Below, piece after piece: positions 41,206-50,636 of a stretch of DNA of 64,000 bases; position 1 is the stretch's first letter, and each line of letters opens with the position of its first letter. Origin of the DNA: an uncultured Phycicoccus sp. (lineage in GTDB: Bacteria > Actinomycetota > Actinomycetes > Actinomycetales > Dermatophilaceae). The notes below the pieces were generated by a model. That model saw nothing but the letters and a program-made list of their open reading frames with translations. It made no database searches and was not told the DNA's origin. Location of the stretch: positions 87,664-151,663 of the forward strand of contig NZ_CANLZR010000006.1 in the NCBI RefSeq assembly GCF_947495705.1. The letters run 5' to 3'. The position numbers were made by a program, and so were the translations under genes.

Positions 41206-42770
41206 GTCACGGTCCGCATCGCCCCGGCGGTCGCGACCGCTCGCAGCACGGCGGCCGCCTTGGCGACGCACTCCTCGTGCTCGCGGACGGGGACGGAGTC
41301 GGCCACGATCCCGGCCCCGGCCTGGACGTATGCGGTGCCGTCCTTGACGACGGCGGTGCGGATGGCGATCGCCATGTCGAGGTCGCCGTGGAAGTCGAGG
41401 TACCCGACGACGCCGCCGTAGATGCCCCGGCGCGAGGGCTCGTAGCGTTCGATGAGCTCGAGGGCCCGGGGCTTGGGCGCCCCCGACAGGGTGCCGGCGG
41501 GGAACGTCGAGACGAGGACGTCGTAGGCCGAGGCGCCCGGGCGGGTCTCCCCGACGACGGTGGACTCGATGTGCATGACGTGGCTGTAGCGGCGCACGTC
41601 CATGAACTCGACGACGTCGACGGTCCCGGGGCGGCAGACGCGCTGGAGGTCGTTGCGGCCGAGGTCGACGAGCATGACGTGCTCGGACCGCTCCTTGGGG
41701 TCGGCGAGCAGCTCGTCCTGGAGCCGGACGTCGTCCTCGGGCGTCTTGCCGCGGGGCCGGGACCCCGCGATCGGGTGGGTGATGGCCTGCTCCCCGGTGA
41801 CCCGCACGAGCGCCTCGGGCGAGCTCCCGACGATCGCGTAGGCGGACCCGTCGGGGGCGGGCAGCCGGAACAGGTACATGTAGGGGCTCGGGTTCGAGGC
41901 GCGCAGGGCCCGGTAGACCTCGAGCGGGTCGGCGGGGCAGTCGAGGGCGAACCGCTGCGAGAGGACGACCTGGAACACCTCGCCCGCGCGGATGTCCTCC
42001 TTGGCGAGCTCGACGATCTCCTCGTAGCGCTCCGGGGTCGTGTTGGACCGGACCCGGTGCAGCGCCGCCTCGGCCCCCGGGACGTCGACGACGGCGACGG
42101 TGCTGGGCGCGGGGGCGGCCAGGGCGGCCGTCATGGCGTCGAGGCGGGCGACGGCGTCGGCCCACGCCGGCTCGACCCGGGCGTCGGTGTCGTCGTAGTT
42201 GACGGCGTTGGCGACGAGCAGGATGGAGCCGTCGGCGTGGTCGAGCACGGCGAGGTCGGTGGCGAGGGTCATCGCGAGCTCGGGGAGGCCGAGCTCGTCG
42301 GGCAGGTCCGCGGGGACCCGCTCCCACCGCCGGACGGCGTCGTAGGAGATCGCGCCGACCATGCCGCCGGTCAGCGGCGGGAGCCCGGCGATCGGTGGGG
42401 TCGCGAGTGCCTCCATCGTCGCGCGCAGGGCGTCGGTGGCGAGCCCCTCGGTGGGGACGCCGACCGGCGGCTCGCCGATCCAGTGGGCCCGACCGTCCTT
42501 CTCGGTGAGGGTGGCGCGGCTCCCGGCCCCCACGATCGACCAGCGCGACCACACCCCACCGTGCTCGGCGGACTCCAGCAGGAAGGTGCCGGGCCGGTCC
42601 CCCGCGAGCTTGCGGTACACGCCGACCGGGGTCTCGCCGTCACCCATGAGGCGGCGGACGACGGGGATGACGCGACGGTCCCGGGCGAGGACGCCGAAGG
42701 TGTCGAGCCCGGGCCAGGTCTGCCCGTACGTGAGGTCGGGGGTCTCGGCGGCCGGTGCGGAGGCGGTCAT
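41202..42770 (-). CDS. trpE: anthranilate synthase component I
   Basis: Internal ATG of ORF 41202..43019(-); 522 aa. Motifs [35 protein letters not shown] and [21 protein letters not shown]...[12 protein letters not shown] overlap with the hisI stop. Confidence 0.97.
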   Translation of the reverse strand: MTASAPAAETPDLTYGQTWPGLDTFGVLARDRRVIPVVRRLMGDGETPVGVYRKLAGDRPGTFLLESAEHGGVWSRWSIVGAGSRATLTEKDGRAHWIGEPPVGVPTEGLATDALRATMEALATPPIAGLPPLTGGMVGAISYDAVRRWERVPADLPDELGLPELAMTLATDLAVLDHADGSILLVANAVNYDDTDARVEPAWADAVARLDAMTAALAAPAPSTVAVVDVPGAEAALHRVRSNTTPERYEEIVELAKEDIRAGEVFQVVLSQRFALDCPADPLEVYRALRASNPSPYMYLFRLPAPDGSAYAIVGSSPEALVRVTGEQAITHPIAGSRPRGKTPEDDVRLQDELLADPKERSEHVMLVDLGRNDLQRVCRPGTVDVVEFMDVRRYSHVMHIESTVVGETRPGASAYDVLVSTFPAGTLSGAPKPRALELIERYEPSRRGIYGGVVGYLDFHGDLDMAIAIRTAVVKDGTAYVQAGAGIVADSVPVREHEECVAKAAAVLRAVATAGAMRTVT

Positions 42771-43135
42771 GCAGCCCCGCCGACGGCGGCGCCGAGGTCG
42801 CGGCCCTCGAAGCAGGTCCGCTCGCCGGTGTGGCAGGCGGCGCCGACCTGGTCGACCCGGACGAGGAGCGCGTCGCCGTCGCAGTCGAGCGCCACGGACT
42901 TCACGTGCTGGACGTGCCCGGAGGTGTCGCCCTTGCGCCAGTACTCCTGCCGGCTGCGGGACCAGAAGGTCACCCGCCCCTCGGTGAGGGTGCGCCGCAG
43001 GGCCTCGTCGTCCATCCACCCGAGCATGAGGACCTCACCGGTGTCGTGCTGCTGGACGACGGCGGCGACGAGGCCGGAGGCGTCGCGGGTGAGGCGAGCA
43101 GCGACCGAGTGGTCGAGGGCGGCGTCGGAGGTCAC
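42767..43135 (-). CDS. hisI: phosphoribosyl-AMP cyclohydrolase
   Basis: 3' part of ORF 42767..43591(-). GTG 43135 start; 122 aa. Motifs [46 protein letters not shown] and DCDGDALL...[12 protein letters not shown]. Confidence 0.93.
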   Translation of the reverse strand: MTSDAALDHSVAARLTRDASGLVAAVVQQHDTGEVLMLGWMDDEALRRTLTEGRVTFWSRSRQEYWRKGDTSGHVQHVKSVALDCDGDALLVRVDQVGAACHTGERTCFEGRDLGAAVGGAA

Positions 43136-43170
43136 CGCTCCATTCTGCCGTGGCGGGTCGAGGGCCCCGG

Positions 43171-43824
43171 TCAGCGGTCGGCGTCCGGGACGGGCCGGAG
43201 CCGACGGTCGACGGCGATGACCGCGGCGAACAGGACGACGAAGAGGACGAGGATCCCGGCGCTCACGGCGACGACCCCGCCCACGCCGGCCTCGCGGTGG
43301 TCGAGGAACGGGTACGGGTACCAGCCCGTCGCGACCCCGACGGCCACGGTGTAGCCCAGCCACGCCAGCGGCCAGAGCACGGCCTCGGCCGCGGTCCGCC
43401 AGGCCGTGCGCGGGCGGGGGCCGGCGACCGCCCACGCGCCGAGCGCGAGGACCGGGACGACGAGGTGCAGCAGGGTGTCGGCGGCCTGGCTCGCGCCCTC
43501 GAGGTCGAGCAGCGGGCGGAGGAGCACGAAGTGGACCAGGCCGGTCACCGTGATGCCGACGAGGGCGGCCAGCCGCACCGGGCGCCACCACCGGCCGTCC
43601 CGGCCCGGGTCACGGGCGAGCTGCCACGCGGTGACCGCGACGAGGACGTTGCTCTGGATCGTGAAGTAGGAGACGAGGCGCACCAGCCGGGTCGCGAGCC
43701 CGGGGACCTCGGTCTCGTCCAGGACGGACGCGCCGCTGATGACGAGGGCCGTCTGGAGCACGAGGGCGAGCGTGGCCACCAGGGCCACGACGAGGTGGAC
43801 GACGCGGGCGCGGGCAGCGGTCAC
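43171..43824 (-). CDS. integral membrane protein (possibly Pr6Pr family)
   Basis: 3' part of ORF 43171..44172(-). GTG 43824 start assumed; 217 aa with about 6 TM helices. The motif [11 protein letters not shown] is recalled from the Pr6Pr family (from memory). Start uncertain. Confidence 0.6.
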   Translation of the reverse strand: MTAARARVVHLVVALVATLALVLQTALVISGASVLDETEVPGLATRLVRLVSYFTIQSNVLVAVTAWQLARDPGRDGRWWRPVRLAALVGITVTGLVHFVLLRPLLDLEGASQAADTLLHLVVPVLALGAWAVAGPRPRTAWRTAAEAVLWPLAWLGYTVAVGVATGWYPYPFLDHREAGVGGVVAVSAGILVLFVVLFAAVIAVDRRLRPVPDADR

Positions 43825-43886
43825 GCGGGTCAGCGTAGGGCGGGCCGACGCGGGTGGTGCGGACCCGGTCGCGGCCAGGCGTGCCG

Positions 43887-44660
43887 TCAGCGGACCGGGA
43901 GCGCCTCGTCCCGCAGGGCGTCCTTGACCTGGCCGATCGTCAGCTCGCCGAAGTGGAAGACGCTGGCGGCCAGCACCGCGTCGGCACCCGCCGCCACGGC
44001 CGGCGCGAAGTGCTCGAGCGCGCCCGCGCCCCCACTGGCGACGACCGGGACGGTGACCGCGGCCTTGACGAGCCGGATGAGCTCGAGGTCGAAGCCGTCC
44101 TTGGTGCCGTCGGCGTCCATGGAGTTGAGCAGGATCTCGCCGACGCCGAGCGCCTCGGCGCGAGCGCACCACTCGACGGCGTCGATGCCGGTGCCGGTGC
44201 GACCCCCGTGGGTCGTGACCTCGAAGCCGGCGACGACCCGGCCGGACTCGTCGCGACGGCGCCGGACGTCCGCCGAGAGCACGAGCACCTGGGCCCCGAA
44301 GCGGTCCGCGGTCTCGGCGATGAGGGCCGGCCGGGCGATGGCCGCCGTGTTGACGCCCACCTTGTCGGCGCCGGCCCGCAGCAGCCGGTCGACGTCGGCC
44401 ACCGTGCGCACCCCGCCGCCGACCGTCAGGGGGATGAACACCTCCTCGGCGGTCCGGGCGACGACGTCGTACATCGTCGCCCGGTCACCGCTGCTGGCGG
44501 TGACGTCGAGGAAGGTCAGCTCGTCGGCGCCCTGCAGCCCGTACTGGCGGGCGAGGGCGACGGGGTCGCCGGCGTCACGCAGGCCGCGGAAGTTGACGCC
44601 CTTGACGACGCGGCCCGCGTCGACATCGAGACAGGGGATGACCCGGACGGCGACCGACAC
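43887..44660 (-). CDS. hisF: imidazole glycerol phosphate synthase cyclase subunit
   Basis: 257-aa ORF with motifs [40 protein letters not shown] and ASGGAG. Confidence 0.97.
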   Translation of the reverse strand: MSVAVRVIPCLDVDAGRVVKGVNFRGLRDAGDPVALARQYGLQGADELTFLDVTASSGDRATMYDVVARTAEEVFIPLTVGGGVRTVADVDRLLRAGADKVGVNTAAIARPALIAETADRFGAQVLVLSADVRRRRDESGRVVAGFEVTTHGGRTGTGIDAVEWCARAEALGVGEILLNSMDADGTKDGFDLELIRLVKAAVTVPVVASGGAGALEHFAPAVAAGADAVLAASVFHFGELTIGQVKDALRDEALPVR

Positions 44661-44696
44661 CGGGCCAGCCTAGTCGCGGCGCTAGGGTCACCTTCC

Positions 44697-45275
44697 GTGT
44701 GGTTCCAGGTCACGGACCCCGCCGACCCCGCAGACGTCGACGCCGTCCTCACCCAGCTCAGCGCGGCCGCGCCGCGGTGCGGGGCGGTCCGGGTCGTCGC
44801 GGTCGACGGCCCGAGCGGCTCCGGCAAGACCACGCTCGCGAAGGCCCTCGTCGAGGCCCTGTCCTGCCCCGTGGTCCACATGGACGAGCTCTTCCCGGGG
44901 TGGGACGGGCTCGCCGAGGCGGTGCCGCTGCTCGTGGACCAGGTGCTGCTCCCCCTTTCCCGGGGTGAGCGAGCCCGCTACCGCGTGTGGGACTGGGACG
45001 CCGACACCTGGGGCGGCACCCGCGAGGTCGAGCCCGGCCCGCTGCTCGTCGTCGAGGGCTGCGCCTCCAGCGCGGGCCCGGCCGGGGACCTGGCCGCGGT
45101 GCGGGTCTGGGTCGAGGCCCCGCCGTCGGAGCGGATGCGCCGCGGCCTCGCCCGCGACGGCGAGACGTACCGGCCGCACTGGGAGCGCTGGGCCGCCCAG
45201 GAAGCGGCGCTGTTCACCGCCGACGGCACCCGCGCGCGCGCCGACGTCGTCGTCACGACCGGTCCTCCCCCATGA
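44697..45275 (+). CDS. P-loop NTPase, uridine-kinase-like small kinase
   Basis: Internal GTG of ORF 43854..45275(+); 192 aa. Walker A VAVDGPSGSGKTTLAKAL and Walker-B-like LLVVEG. The family assignment is loose. Confidence 0.6.
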   Translation: MWFQVTDPADPADVDAVLTQLSAAAPRCGAVRVVAVDGPSGSGKTTLAKALVEALSCPVVHMDELFPGWDGLAEAVPLLVDQVLLPLSRGERARYRVWDWDADTWGGTREVEPGPLLVVEGCASSAGPAGDLAAVRVWVEAPPSERMRRGLARDGETYRPHWERWAAQEAALFTADGTRARADVVVTTGPPP

Positions 45276-46378
45276 CGGCGACCGGCCGGGCCGCCACCGC
45301 GGTCGGCGGGGGCCGGGTGGCCCTCGAACGGGGCGTGCGCCGGCTCCGGGACCGCCTCGTCTTCCTCGCGCAGATCGGCGTGGCCGTCGCCCTCGCCTGG
45401 ACGCTCGCCCGCGAGGTCCTGGACCACCCGCAGCCGTTCTTCGCCCCCGTCACCGCGATCCTCTGCCTCGGCCTCACCTACGGCCAGCGGCTGCGACGGA
45501 TCGTCGAGGTGAGCCTCGGGGTGGCGATCGGGGTGCTCGTGGGGGACGTCGTCGTCCTGCTGCTCGGCAGCGGTGGCTGGCAGATGGCCCTGGTCGTCAT
45601 GGCGGCCATGGCCATCGCGATCGTCGTGTCCACCGGGCCGCTCGTCATCATCCAGGCGGGCGTCCAGTCGGTGTTCATCGTCGCGTTCGTGTCCTCGACC
45701 ACCGAGGGCGTCGGCCGGTGGCTCGACGCCGTGCTCGGCGGGCTCGTCGCCCTCGTCATCGGCGCTGTGGCGCCCACCACGCCCCTGGCCAGGCCGCGCG
45801 CCGAGGCCGCCCGGACCGTCCGGCTGATCGGGCAGACCCTCCGGGACGTCGCGACCGCCCTGCGCTCCGGGGACCGGCCGGCCGCCGCGGCCGCGCTCGA
45901 GGAGGCCCGGTCCATCGAGGACCAGCTCGCGGACCTGCGGACGGCGGCCGCCGAGGGGATCGCCGTGGTCCGGCACTCCCCGCTGCTGCGGAGCCACCGC
46001 CCCCAGGCGGTCGCGGCCTCGGCCCTCGTCGCGCCCCTGGACCGGTGCGTACGCAACCTGCGGGTGCTGGCGCGCCGGGCGGCGGTCGCCGTGCGCCGGG
46101 ACGAGCCGGTGCCGGAGCGGTACGTCGACCTCGTCGCGGAGCTCGCGCGGGCCGCCGACGACCTCGCACGCGTCCTCGACGAGCACACCCAGCCCGCCCG
46201 GGGGCGGGTCGTCCTCGAACGGGTGGCCGGGCTCTCGGCCCGCGCCGACCCGGCCGCCGGGCTCTCCGCCGAGATGATCCGCGGCCAGGTGCGGTCGATG
46301 GTCGTCGACCTCCTCGTCGTCGCCGGCCTCGACGACGACGAGGCGCTCCAGCTGGTCCCGGAGTCGCACCTCCCGTGA
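45272..46378 (+). CDS. FUSC/aromatic-acid-exporter-like membrane protein
   Basis: Internal ATG of ORF 44987..46378(+); 368 aa. ATGA overlap with the kinase stop. N-terminal half has about 5 TM helices (LVFLAQIGVAVALAWTLA..., FAPVTAILCLG). C-terminal half is helical and soluble. Confidence 0.6.
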   Translation: MTATGRAATAVGGGRVALERGVRRLRDRLVFLAQIGVAVALAWTLAREVLDHPQPFFAPVTAILCLGLTYGQRLRRIVEVSLGVAIGVLVGDVVVLLLGSGGWQMALVVMAAMAIAIVVSTGPLVIIQAGVQSVFIVAFVSSTTEGVGRWLDAVLGGLVALVIGAVAPTTPLARPRAEAARTVRLIGQTLRDVATALRSGDRPAAAAALEEARSIEDQLADLRTAAAEGIAVVRHSPLLRSHRPQAVAASALVAPLDRCVRNLRVLARRAAVAVRRDEPVPERYVDLVAELARAADDLARVLDEHTQPARGRVVLERVAGLSARADPAAGLSAEMIRGQVRSMVVDLLVVAGLDDDEALQLVPESHLP

Positions 46379-46421
46379 GCCGTGGCGCGGCTCCCGCCCG
46401 GCGGGGTGGCACGATGCGTCG

Positions 46422-47645
46422 GTGAGCGAGCCGCCGACCCCGATGATCCCGCGCTGGGCCGTCGTCGTGGGGATCGTCCTCGTCGCGGCCAACCTGCGCA
46501 CCCTGATGGCCAGCCTGCCGCCGCTGGTCCACGACGTCCGGTCCGACCTGGGGCTCTCGAACGCGATGGTCGGGGTGCTCACGACCCTCCCGGTGCTGTG
46601 CATGGGCCTGCTCGCGCCGGTCGCGAACCGCATCGGTCGCCGGGTGGGTCCGACGACGGCGGTGGGCTTCGGCGTCGGGCTCGTCCTCGTCGGTCTCGTG
46701 GTCCGCGGCCTGGGCGGCGGGCAGGTCTGGTCGCTCTACACGGGGACGTTCGTCGCGGGCGCCGGGATCGCGGTCGCCGGGACACTGCTGCCGGGCATCG
46801 TGAAGTCGGCGTTCCCGCCGCACCGCTCGGGCTTCGGCACGGGGCTCACCATGATGGCGATGATGGGCGCGGCGGGCGTCGCCTCGGCCACCGCGGTTCC
46901 CCTGGCCGGGGTGCTCGGCGGGTGGTCGGGGTCACTGCTCGCGTGGGTCCCCCTCGCGGCCGTCGCCCTCGTCGCGTGGGTCCCGGCGCTGCGGCTCGCC
47001 CGGGGCCGCGCGCTGGGCAGGCCGCTCGTCACCGGCTCGCACGCCCTGCCGTGGGGCAGCGTCACCGCCTGGGTCCTCGCCGCGTACCTGTCGTTCCAGT
47101 CCTGGCAGTTCTACTCGGCGCTCGCGTGGCTGGCCCCGACGTACGAGTCGTTCGGCTGGAGCGCGCGGGACGCCGGCCTGCTCATGTCGGTGTTCACCGG
47201 GGCCCAGCTCGTCTCGGGGCTGGTGGCGCCGACGCTGCTGGACCGGGTGCGGGACCCCCGGATGCTCCTGGTCGCCGCCACCGGCCTCGGCGGGCTCGGC
47301 CAGGCCGGGGTGTGGCTCGCGCCCGGCGCCGCCCCGTGGGTGTGGGTCCTGCTCGTCGGCGCGGGCCAGGGCGCGTGCTTCGCGCTCGGGCTCGGGCTGC
47401 TCGTCCGGTACTCCGCGACGCCGAAGGACAGCGCCCGCCTCACGGCGATGGCGTTCCTCGTCAGCTACACGGTCGCGTCGGCCGGGCCGACGACGATGGG
47501 CGCGGTGCGCGACGCCACCGGCTCGTACGGGTGGCTCTGGGGCGCGCTGACGCTCGTCGCCCTTCCGCAGCTGGCCGCGGTGGTGCGCCTTCGGCCGGAC
47601 TCCCCTCCGGTCGGGGACCGCGAGCCGGACCGGGCCCGCGCCTGA
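46422..47645 (+). CDS. MFS transporter (CynX/NimT-like)
   Basis: 407-aa ORF with 12 predicted TM segments. It opens WAVVVGIVLVAANLRTLMASLPPLVHDVRSDLGLSNAMVGVLTTLPVLCMGLLAPVANRIGRR. Confidence 0.8.
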   Translation: MSEPPTPMIPRWAVVVGIVLVAANLRTLMASLPPLVHDVRSDLGLSNAMVGVLTTLPVLCMGLLAPVANRIGRRVGPTTAVGFGVGLVLVGLVVRGLGGGQVWSLYTGTFVAGAGIAVAGTLLPGIVKSAFPPHRSGFGTGLTMMAMMGAAGVASATAVPLAGVLGGWSGSLLAWVPLAAVALVAWVPALRLARGRALGRPLVTGSHALPWGSVTAWVLAAYLSFQSWQFYSALAWLAPTYESFGWSARDAGLLMSVFTGAQLVSGLVAPTLLDRVRDPRMLLVAATGLGGLGQAGVWLAPGAAPWVWVLLVGAGQGACFALGLGLLVRYSATPKDSARLTAMAFLVSYTVASAGPTTMGAVRDATGSYGWLWGALTLVALPQLAAVVRLRPDSPPVGDREPDRARA

Positions 47646-47647
47646 GG

Positions 47648-48106
47648 TCAGCCGGCCGCGGGCCGGCGCGGGCGCCGCGCCTCGACGAGCCGCCCGAGGC
47701 GCGCGGCCTCGTCCCGGCCGCTCGGACCGTCGACCCGCTGGATCGCCATGACCGCGAGGTCCTCGCCGTCCTCGAGCTCCAGGGTGACCCACGGGTCGCC
47801 GTCGGGGAAGCGGACCTCGACGATCTCGTCCCAACCCACGGTCGTGGTCAGCACGAGGTTGCGGACGGTGAGGCCCTCGGTGCTCGGCACGGCGCGGATC
47901 CCGGCGTACCGCCAGATGAACCCCCCGACGAGGAGCCCGAAGGCCACGAGAGCCGCCTGGTCGACACCGGTCCACTGCCCGCTGACGCCCATGCCGACGG
48001 CGACCGCGGTCGACACCAGGATGAAGGTCGCCCCGACGACCAGGGGCACGACGCGGCCGCGGCGAGGGCGGAAGGGGGCGTCGAGGGCGACCTCGGGCGG
48101 GGTCAC
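47648..48106 (-). CDS. PH-domain-containing membrane protein
   Basis: Internal GTG of ORF 47648..48277(-); 152 aa. Two TM helices, then LTVRNLVLTTTVGWDEIVEVRF...VTLELEDGEDLAVMAIQ (bacterial PH-like). GTGA overlap with the hisG stop. Confidence 0.65.
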   Translation of the reverse strand: MTPPEVALDAPFRPRRGRVVPLVVGATFILVSTAVAVGMGVSGQWTGVDQAALVAFGLLVGGFIWRYAGIRAVPSTEGLTVRNLVLTTTVGWDEIVEVRFPDGDPWVTLELEDGEDLAVMAIQRVDGPSGRDEAARLGRLVEARRPRRPAAG

Positions 48107-48948
48107 AAGCGGCACGCGGTGATGTCGGTGACCAGGATCGCCCGGGCACCGAGGTCGTACAGCTCGTCCATGACGGTGTTCGTCACGGCCCGCGGCACCA
48201 TCGCCCGCACCGCGCACCAGTCGTGGTTCTGCAGCGACGAGACGGTGGGGCTCTCGAGGCCGGGGGTGATGCCGCACGCGCGGTCGACGAGGGCGGCCGG
48301 GACGTCGTAGTCGAGCATCACGTAGTGCCGGGCGGTGACGACCCCGAGGAGGCGGCGACGCAGCACCTCGATCGCGGCCTGGTCCTCGCTCGTGCCACGG
48401 CGCACGAGCACGGCCTCGCTGCGCAGGATCGGGTCGCCGAACACCTCCAGGCCCTGGCTGCGCAGGGTCGCACCCGTCTCGACGACGTCGGCGATGACGT
48501 CCGCGACGCCGAGGGTGATGGCGGTCTCGACGGCGCCGTCGAGCCGGACGACCTCCGCGCTCACGCCGTGGTCGGCGAGGTGCTTCTCGACGAGGCCCTC
48601 GTAGGAGGTCGCGACGCGGTGCCCGGCGATGTCCTCGATGCGGGACGCGGTGCCGGGGCGCGCGGCGTAGCGGAACGTCGAGCTCCCGAAGCCGAGCGCC
48701 ATGATCTCGACGGCCGCCGAGCCGGAGTCGAGGAGGAGGTCGCGGCCGGTGATGCCGCAGTCGACGGTGCCGGAGCCGACGTAGACGGCGATGTCGCGGG
48801 GGCGCAGGTAGAACAGCTCGACGTCGCCGGCCTCGTCACGGACGACGAGCTCCTTGGAGTCGCGGCGGATGCGGTAGCCGGCCTCCCGCAGCATGGCGGC
48901 GGCGGGCTCGGCGAGCGATCCCTTGTTCGGGACGGCGATGCGCAGCAT
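48103..48948 (-). CDS. hisG: ATP phosphoribosyltransferase (long form)
   Basis: 281-aa ORF with motifs MLRIAVPNKGSL, DCGITGRDLL and DVVETGATLR, plus a C-terminal regulatory domain. Confidence 0.96.
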   Translation of the reverse strand: MLRIAVPNKGSLAEPAAAMLREAGYRIRRDSKELVVRDEAGDVELFYLRPRDIAVYVGSGTVDCGITGRDLLLDSGSAAVEIMALGFGSSTFRYAARPGTASRIEDIAGHRVATSYEGLVEKHLADHGVSAEVVRLDGAVETAITLGVADVIADVVETGATLRSQGLEVFGDPILRSEAVLVRRGTSEDQAAIEVLRRRLLGVVTARHYVMLDYDVPAALVDRACGITPGLESPTVSSLQNHDWCAVRAMVPRAVTNTVMDELYDLGARAILVTDITACRL

Positions 48949-48966
48949 GGGTCGTGGTCCTCGGGG

Positions 48967-49230
48967 TCAGAGGTGGGCGTAGACGTCGTCAAGGGTCAGG
49001 TCGCTCGCGAGCATGAGCACCTGGAGGTGGTACAGCAGCTGGCTGATCTCCTCGGCGGTCCGCTCGCGGCCCTCGTGCTCGGCGGCCATCCACACCTCGG
49101 CGGCCTCCTCGACGATCTTCTTGCCGATCGAGTGGACGCCGGCGTCGAGGGCGGCCACGGTGCCGGAGCCCTCGGGCCGGGTGCGGGACAGCTCGCCGAG
49201 CTCGGCGAACAGCGCGTCGAAGGTCTTCAC
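48967..49230 (-). CDS. hisE: phosphoribosyl-ATP pyrophosphatase
   Basis: ORF 48967..49239(-) starts at TTG. GTG 49230 gives [28 protein letters not shown]...[16 protein letters not shown]...[12 protein letters not shown], typical of HisE. The start choice is uncertain. Confidence 0.9.
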   Translation of the reverse strand: MKTFDALFAELGELSRTRPEGSGTVAALDAGVHSIGKKIVEEAAEVWMAAEHEGRERTAEEISQLLYHLQVLMLASDLTLDDVYAHL

Positions 49231-49306
49231 GAGAGACAAGGGTACGGGGCGCCGACGGCGCTCCGGCGCGCTGTCCGGTCGGCGCCAACCCGCCCCGCAC
49301 CCCCAA

Positions 49307-49374
49307 CGACCAATAGGTCACGCCAGGTACACCACACCCCGCCCGGACCCGTACCTTCCGTGACCTATCGGTCG
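49307..49374. repeat. 68-nt imperfect inverted repeat between the rib operon end and hisE
   Basis: Outer arms: cgaccaataggtcac (49307-49321) and gtgacctatcggtcg (49360-49374), 14 of 15 positions complementary. Inner arms: aggtac (49325-49330) and gtacct (49351-49356). A C-rich 20-nt loop separates them. Confidence 0.7.
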
Positions 49375-49386
49375 ATTCGGGGACGG

Positions 49387-50142
49387 TCAGCCGACGGGGG
49401 CCGGCTCCCGGGCGGCCGGCGCCGCGGACTCGCGGGTCACCTTGACCCAGCGGGTGAAGCCGTAGACGACGAAGAGGCCGTAGAAGATGTACATGACCGA
49501 CGTCGGCACGTAGCCCGTCGCGAACCCCAGCGGGACCCCGACGAGGTCGACGCCGATCCACGCGAGCCAGAACTCGTTCCAGCCCCGGGCCATCGCATAG
49601 GTCGCGACGATCGAGCCGACGAAGATCCACGCGTCGCTCCAGTAGAACCACCACTGCGGTGCCCAGAACGGGTTGGGCGCGAGGTTCCACAGCGCGACGA
49701 AGACCTGGTGCACGACGACCGTCCCGGCGAGCCACCCGCCGGCGAGGACCAGCCGCTCCCGCGCGGTCATCCACCGCGGCATGACCGCGGGTGCGCCGCC
49801 GGAGCCGCCGGTCTCCCGGCGGTACCGGGCCCACCGGGCCCAGCCGTAGACGCTCACGACGATGAAGAAGACCTGCCGGCCGGACTGGCCGAAGAGCGGG
49901 ACGCGCTCGTCGGCGCCGAACGCTGCGCCGACGTAGACGAAGAACAGCAGGATGTTCGCGACGATCCCGACGGGCCAGGCCCACACCACCCGGCGCATCC
50001 CGAACCAGGCGGAGGCGATGCCGATGGTGACCCCGAGCACCTCCAGCCAGTGCAGCTCGTAGGGACCGATCGGGACGGCGGCGTCGATGACCTGCTGGAA
50101 GAGGTTGTGCGACGGGTCGGCTGCGGCGACGAGCGCGTTCAC
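49387..50142 (-). CDS. PnuC-family transporter (RibM/PnuX-type riboflavin transporter candidate)
   Basis: 251-aa ORF with 7-8 TM segments. Trp-rich motifs [36 protein letters not shown] and [22 protein letters not shown] overlap with the ribH stop. It is the last gene of the rib operon. Confidence 0.8.
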   Translation of the reverse strand: MNALVAAADPSHNLFQQVIDAAVPIGPYELHWLEVLGVTIGIASAWFGMRRVVWAWPVGIVANILLFFVYVGAAFGADERVPLFGQSGRQVFFIVVSVYGWARWARYRRETGGSGGAPAVMPRWMTARERLVLAGGWLAGTVVVHQVFVALWNLAPNPFWAPQWWFYWSDAWIFVGSIVATYAMARGWNEFWLAWIGVDLVGVPLGFATGYVPTSVMYIFYGLFVVYGFTRWVKVTRESAAPAAREPAPVG

Positions 50143-50609
50143 CCCGGTACCCCGCGCAGCGTGACCGCGGTGGACACCGCCGCCGTGGCGGCCTCGTGCC
50201 CCTTGTCCTCCCGCGAGCCGGGCAGCCCGGCCCGGTCGCGGGCCTGCTCGTCGTCGTCGCAGGTCAGTACCCCGAAGCCCACCGGGACCCCGGTGCGGAC
50301 GGCGACCTCGGTGAGCGCCGCCGTGGCGCTCTGGCAGACGTACTCGAAGTGCGGGGTCCCGCCGCGCACCACGACGCCGAGGGCGACGAGGGCGTCATGT
50401 GTCGGGGCGAGCCGCGCGCATGCGACGCCCAGCTCGAAGGTGCCGGGCACCCGGACGACGAGCGGCTCCTCGACGCCGGCCTCCACGAGGGCGCGTCGGG
50501 CCCCGTCGAGCAGCCCGTCCATGACCTCCTCGTGCCAGGACGCCGCGACGACGGCGACACGGAGCCCGCGTCCGTCGGCTCGCACGGTGGGTGCTCCGGT
50601 ACCGCTCAT
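50139..50609 (-). CDS. ribH: 6,7-dimethyl-8-ribityllumazine synthase
   Basis: 156-aa ORF with motifs [20 protein letters not shown] and [14 protein letters not shown]. Confidence 0.96.
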   Translation of the reverse strand: MSGTGAPTVRADGRGLRVAVVAASWHEEVMDGLLDGARRALVEAGVEEPLVVRVPGTFELGVACARLAPTHDALVALGVVVRGGTPHFEYVCQSATAALTEVAVRTGVPVGFGVLTCDDDEQARDRAGLPGSREDKGHEAATAAVSTAVTLRGVPG

Positions 50610-50636
50610 CGGTGGGGTCTCCTCGTGGGGGTGGGG

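Noticed and set aside
40600-42552. 650-aa tracked ORF spanning the membrane-protein gene and most of trpE in another frame
   Set aside because: Only its last 201 codons form a plausible (4-TM) protein. The upstream part is an Arg/Pro/Gly-rich alternative frame of trpE.
42771-43170. Search for a trp leader peptide or attenuator upstream of trpE
   Set aside because: The trpE ATG overlaps the hisI stop. The only nearby spacer (43136-43170) is 35 nt, with no Trp-codon mini-ORF and no alternative hairpins.
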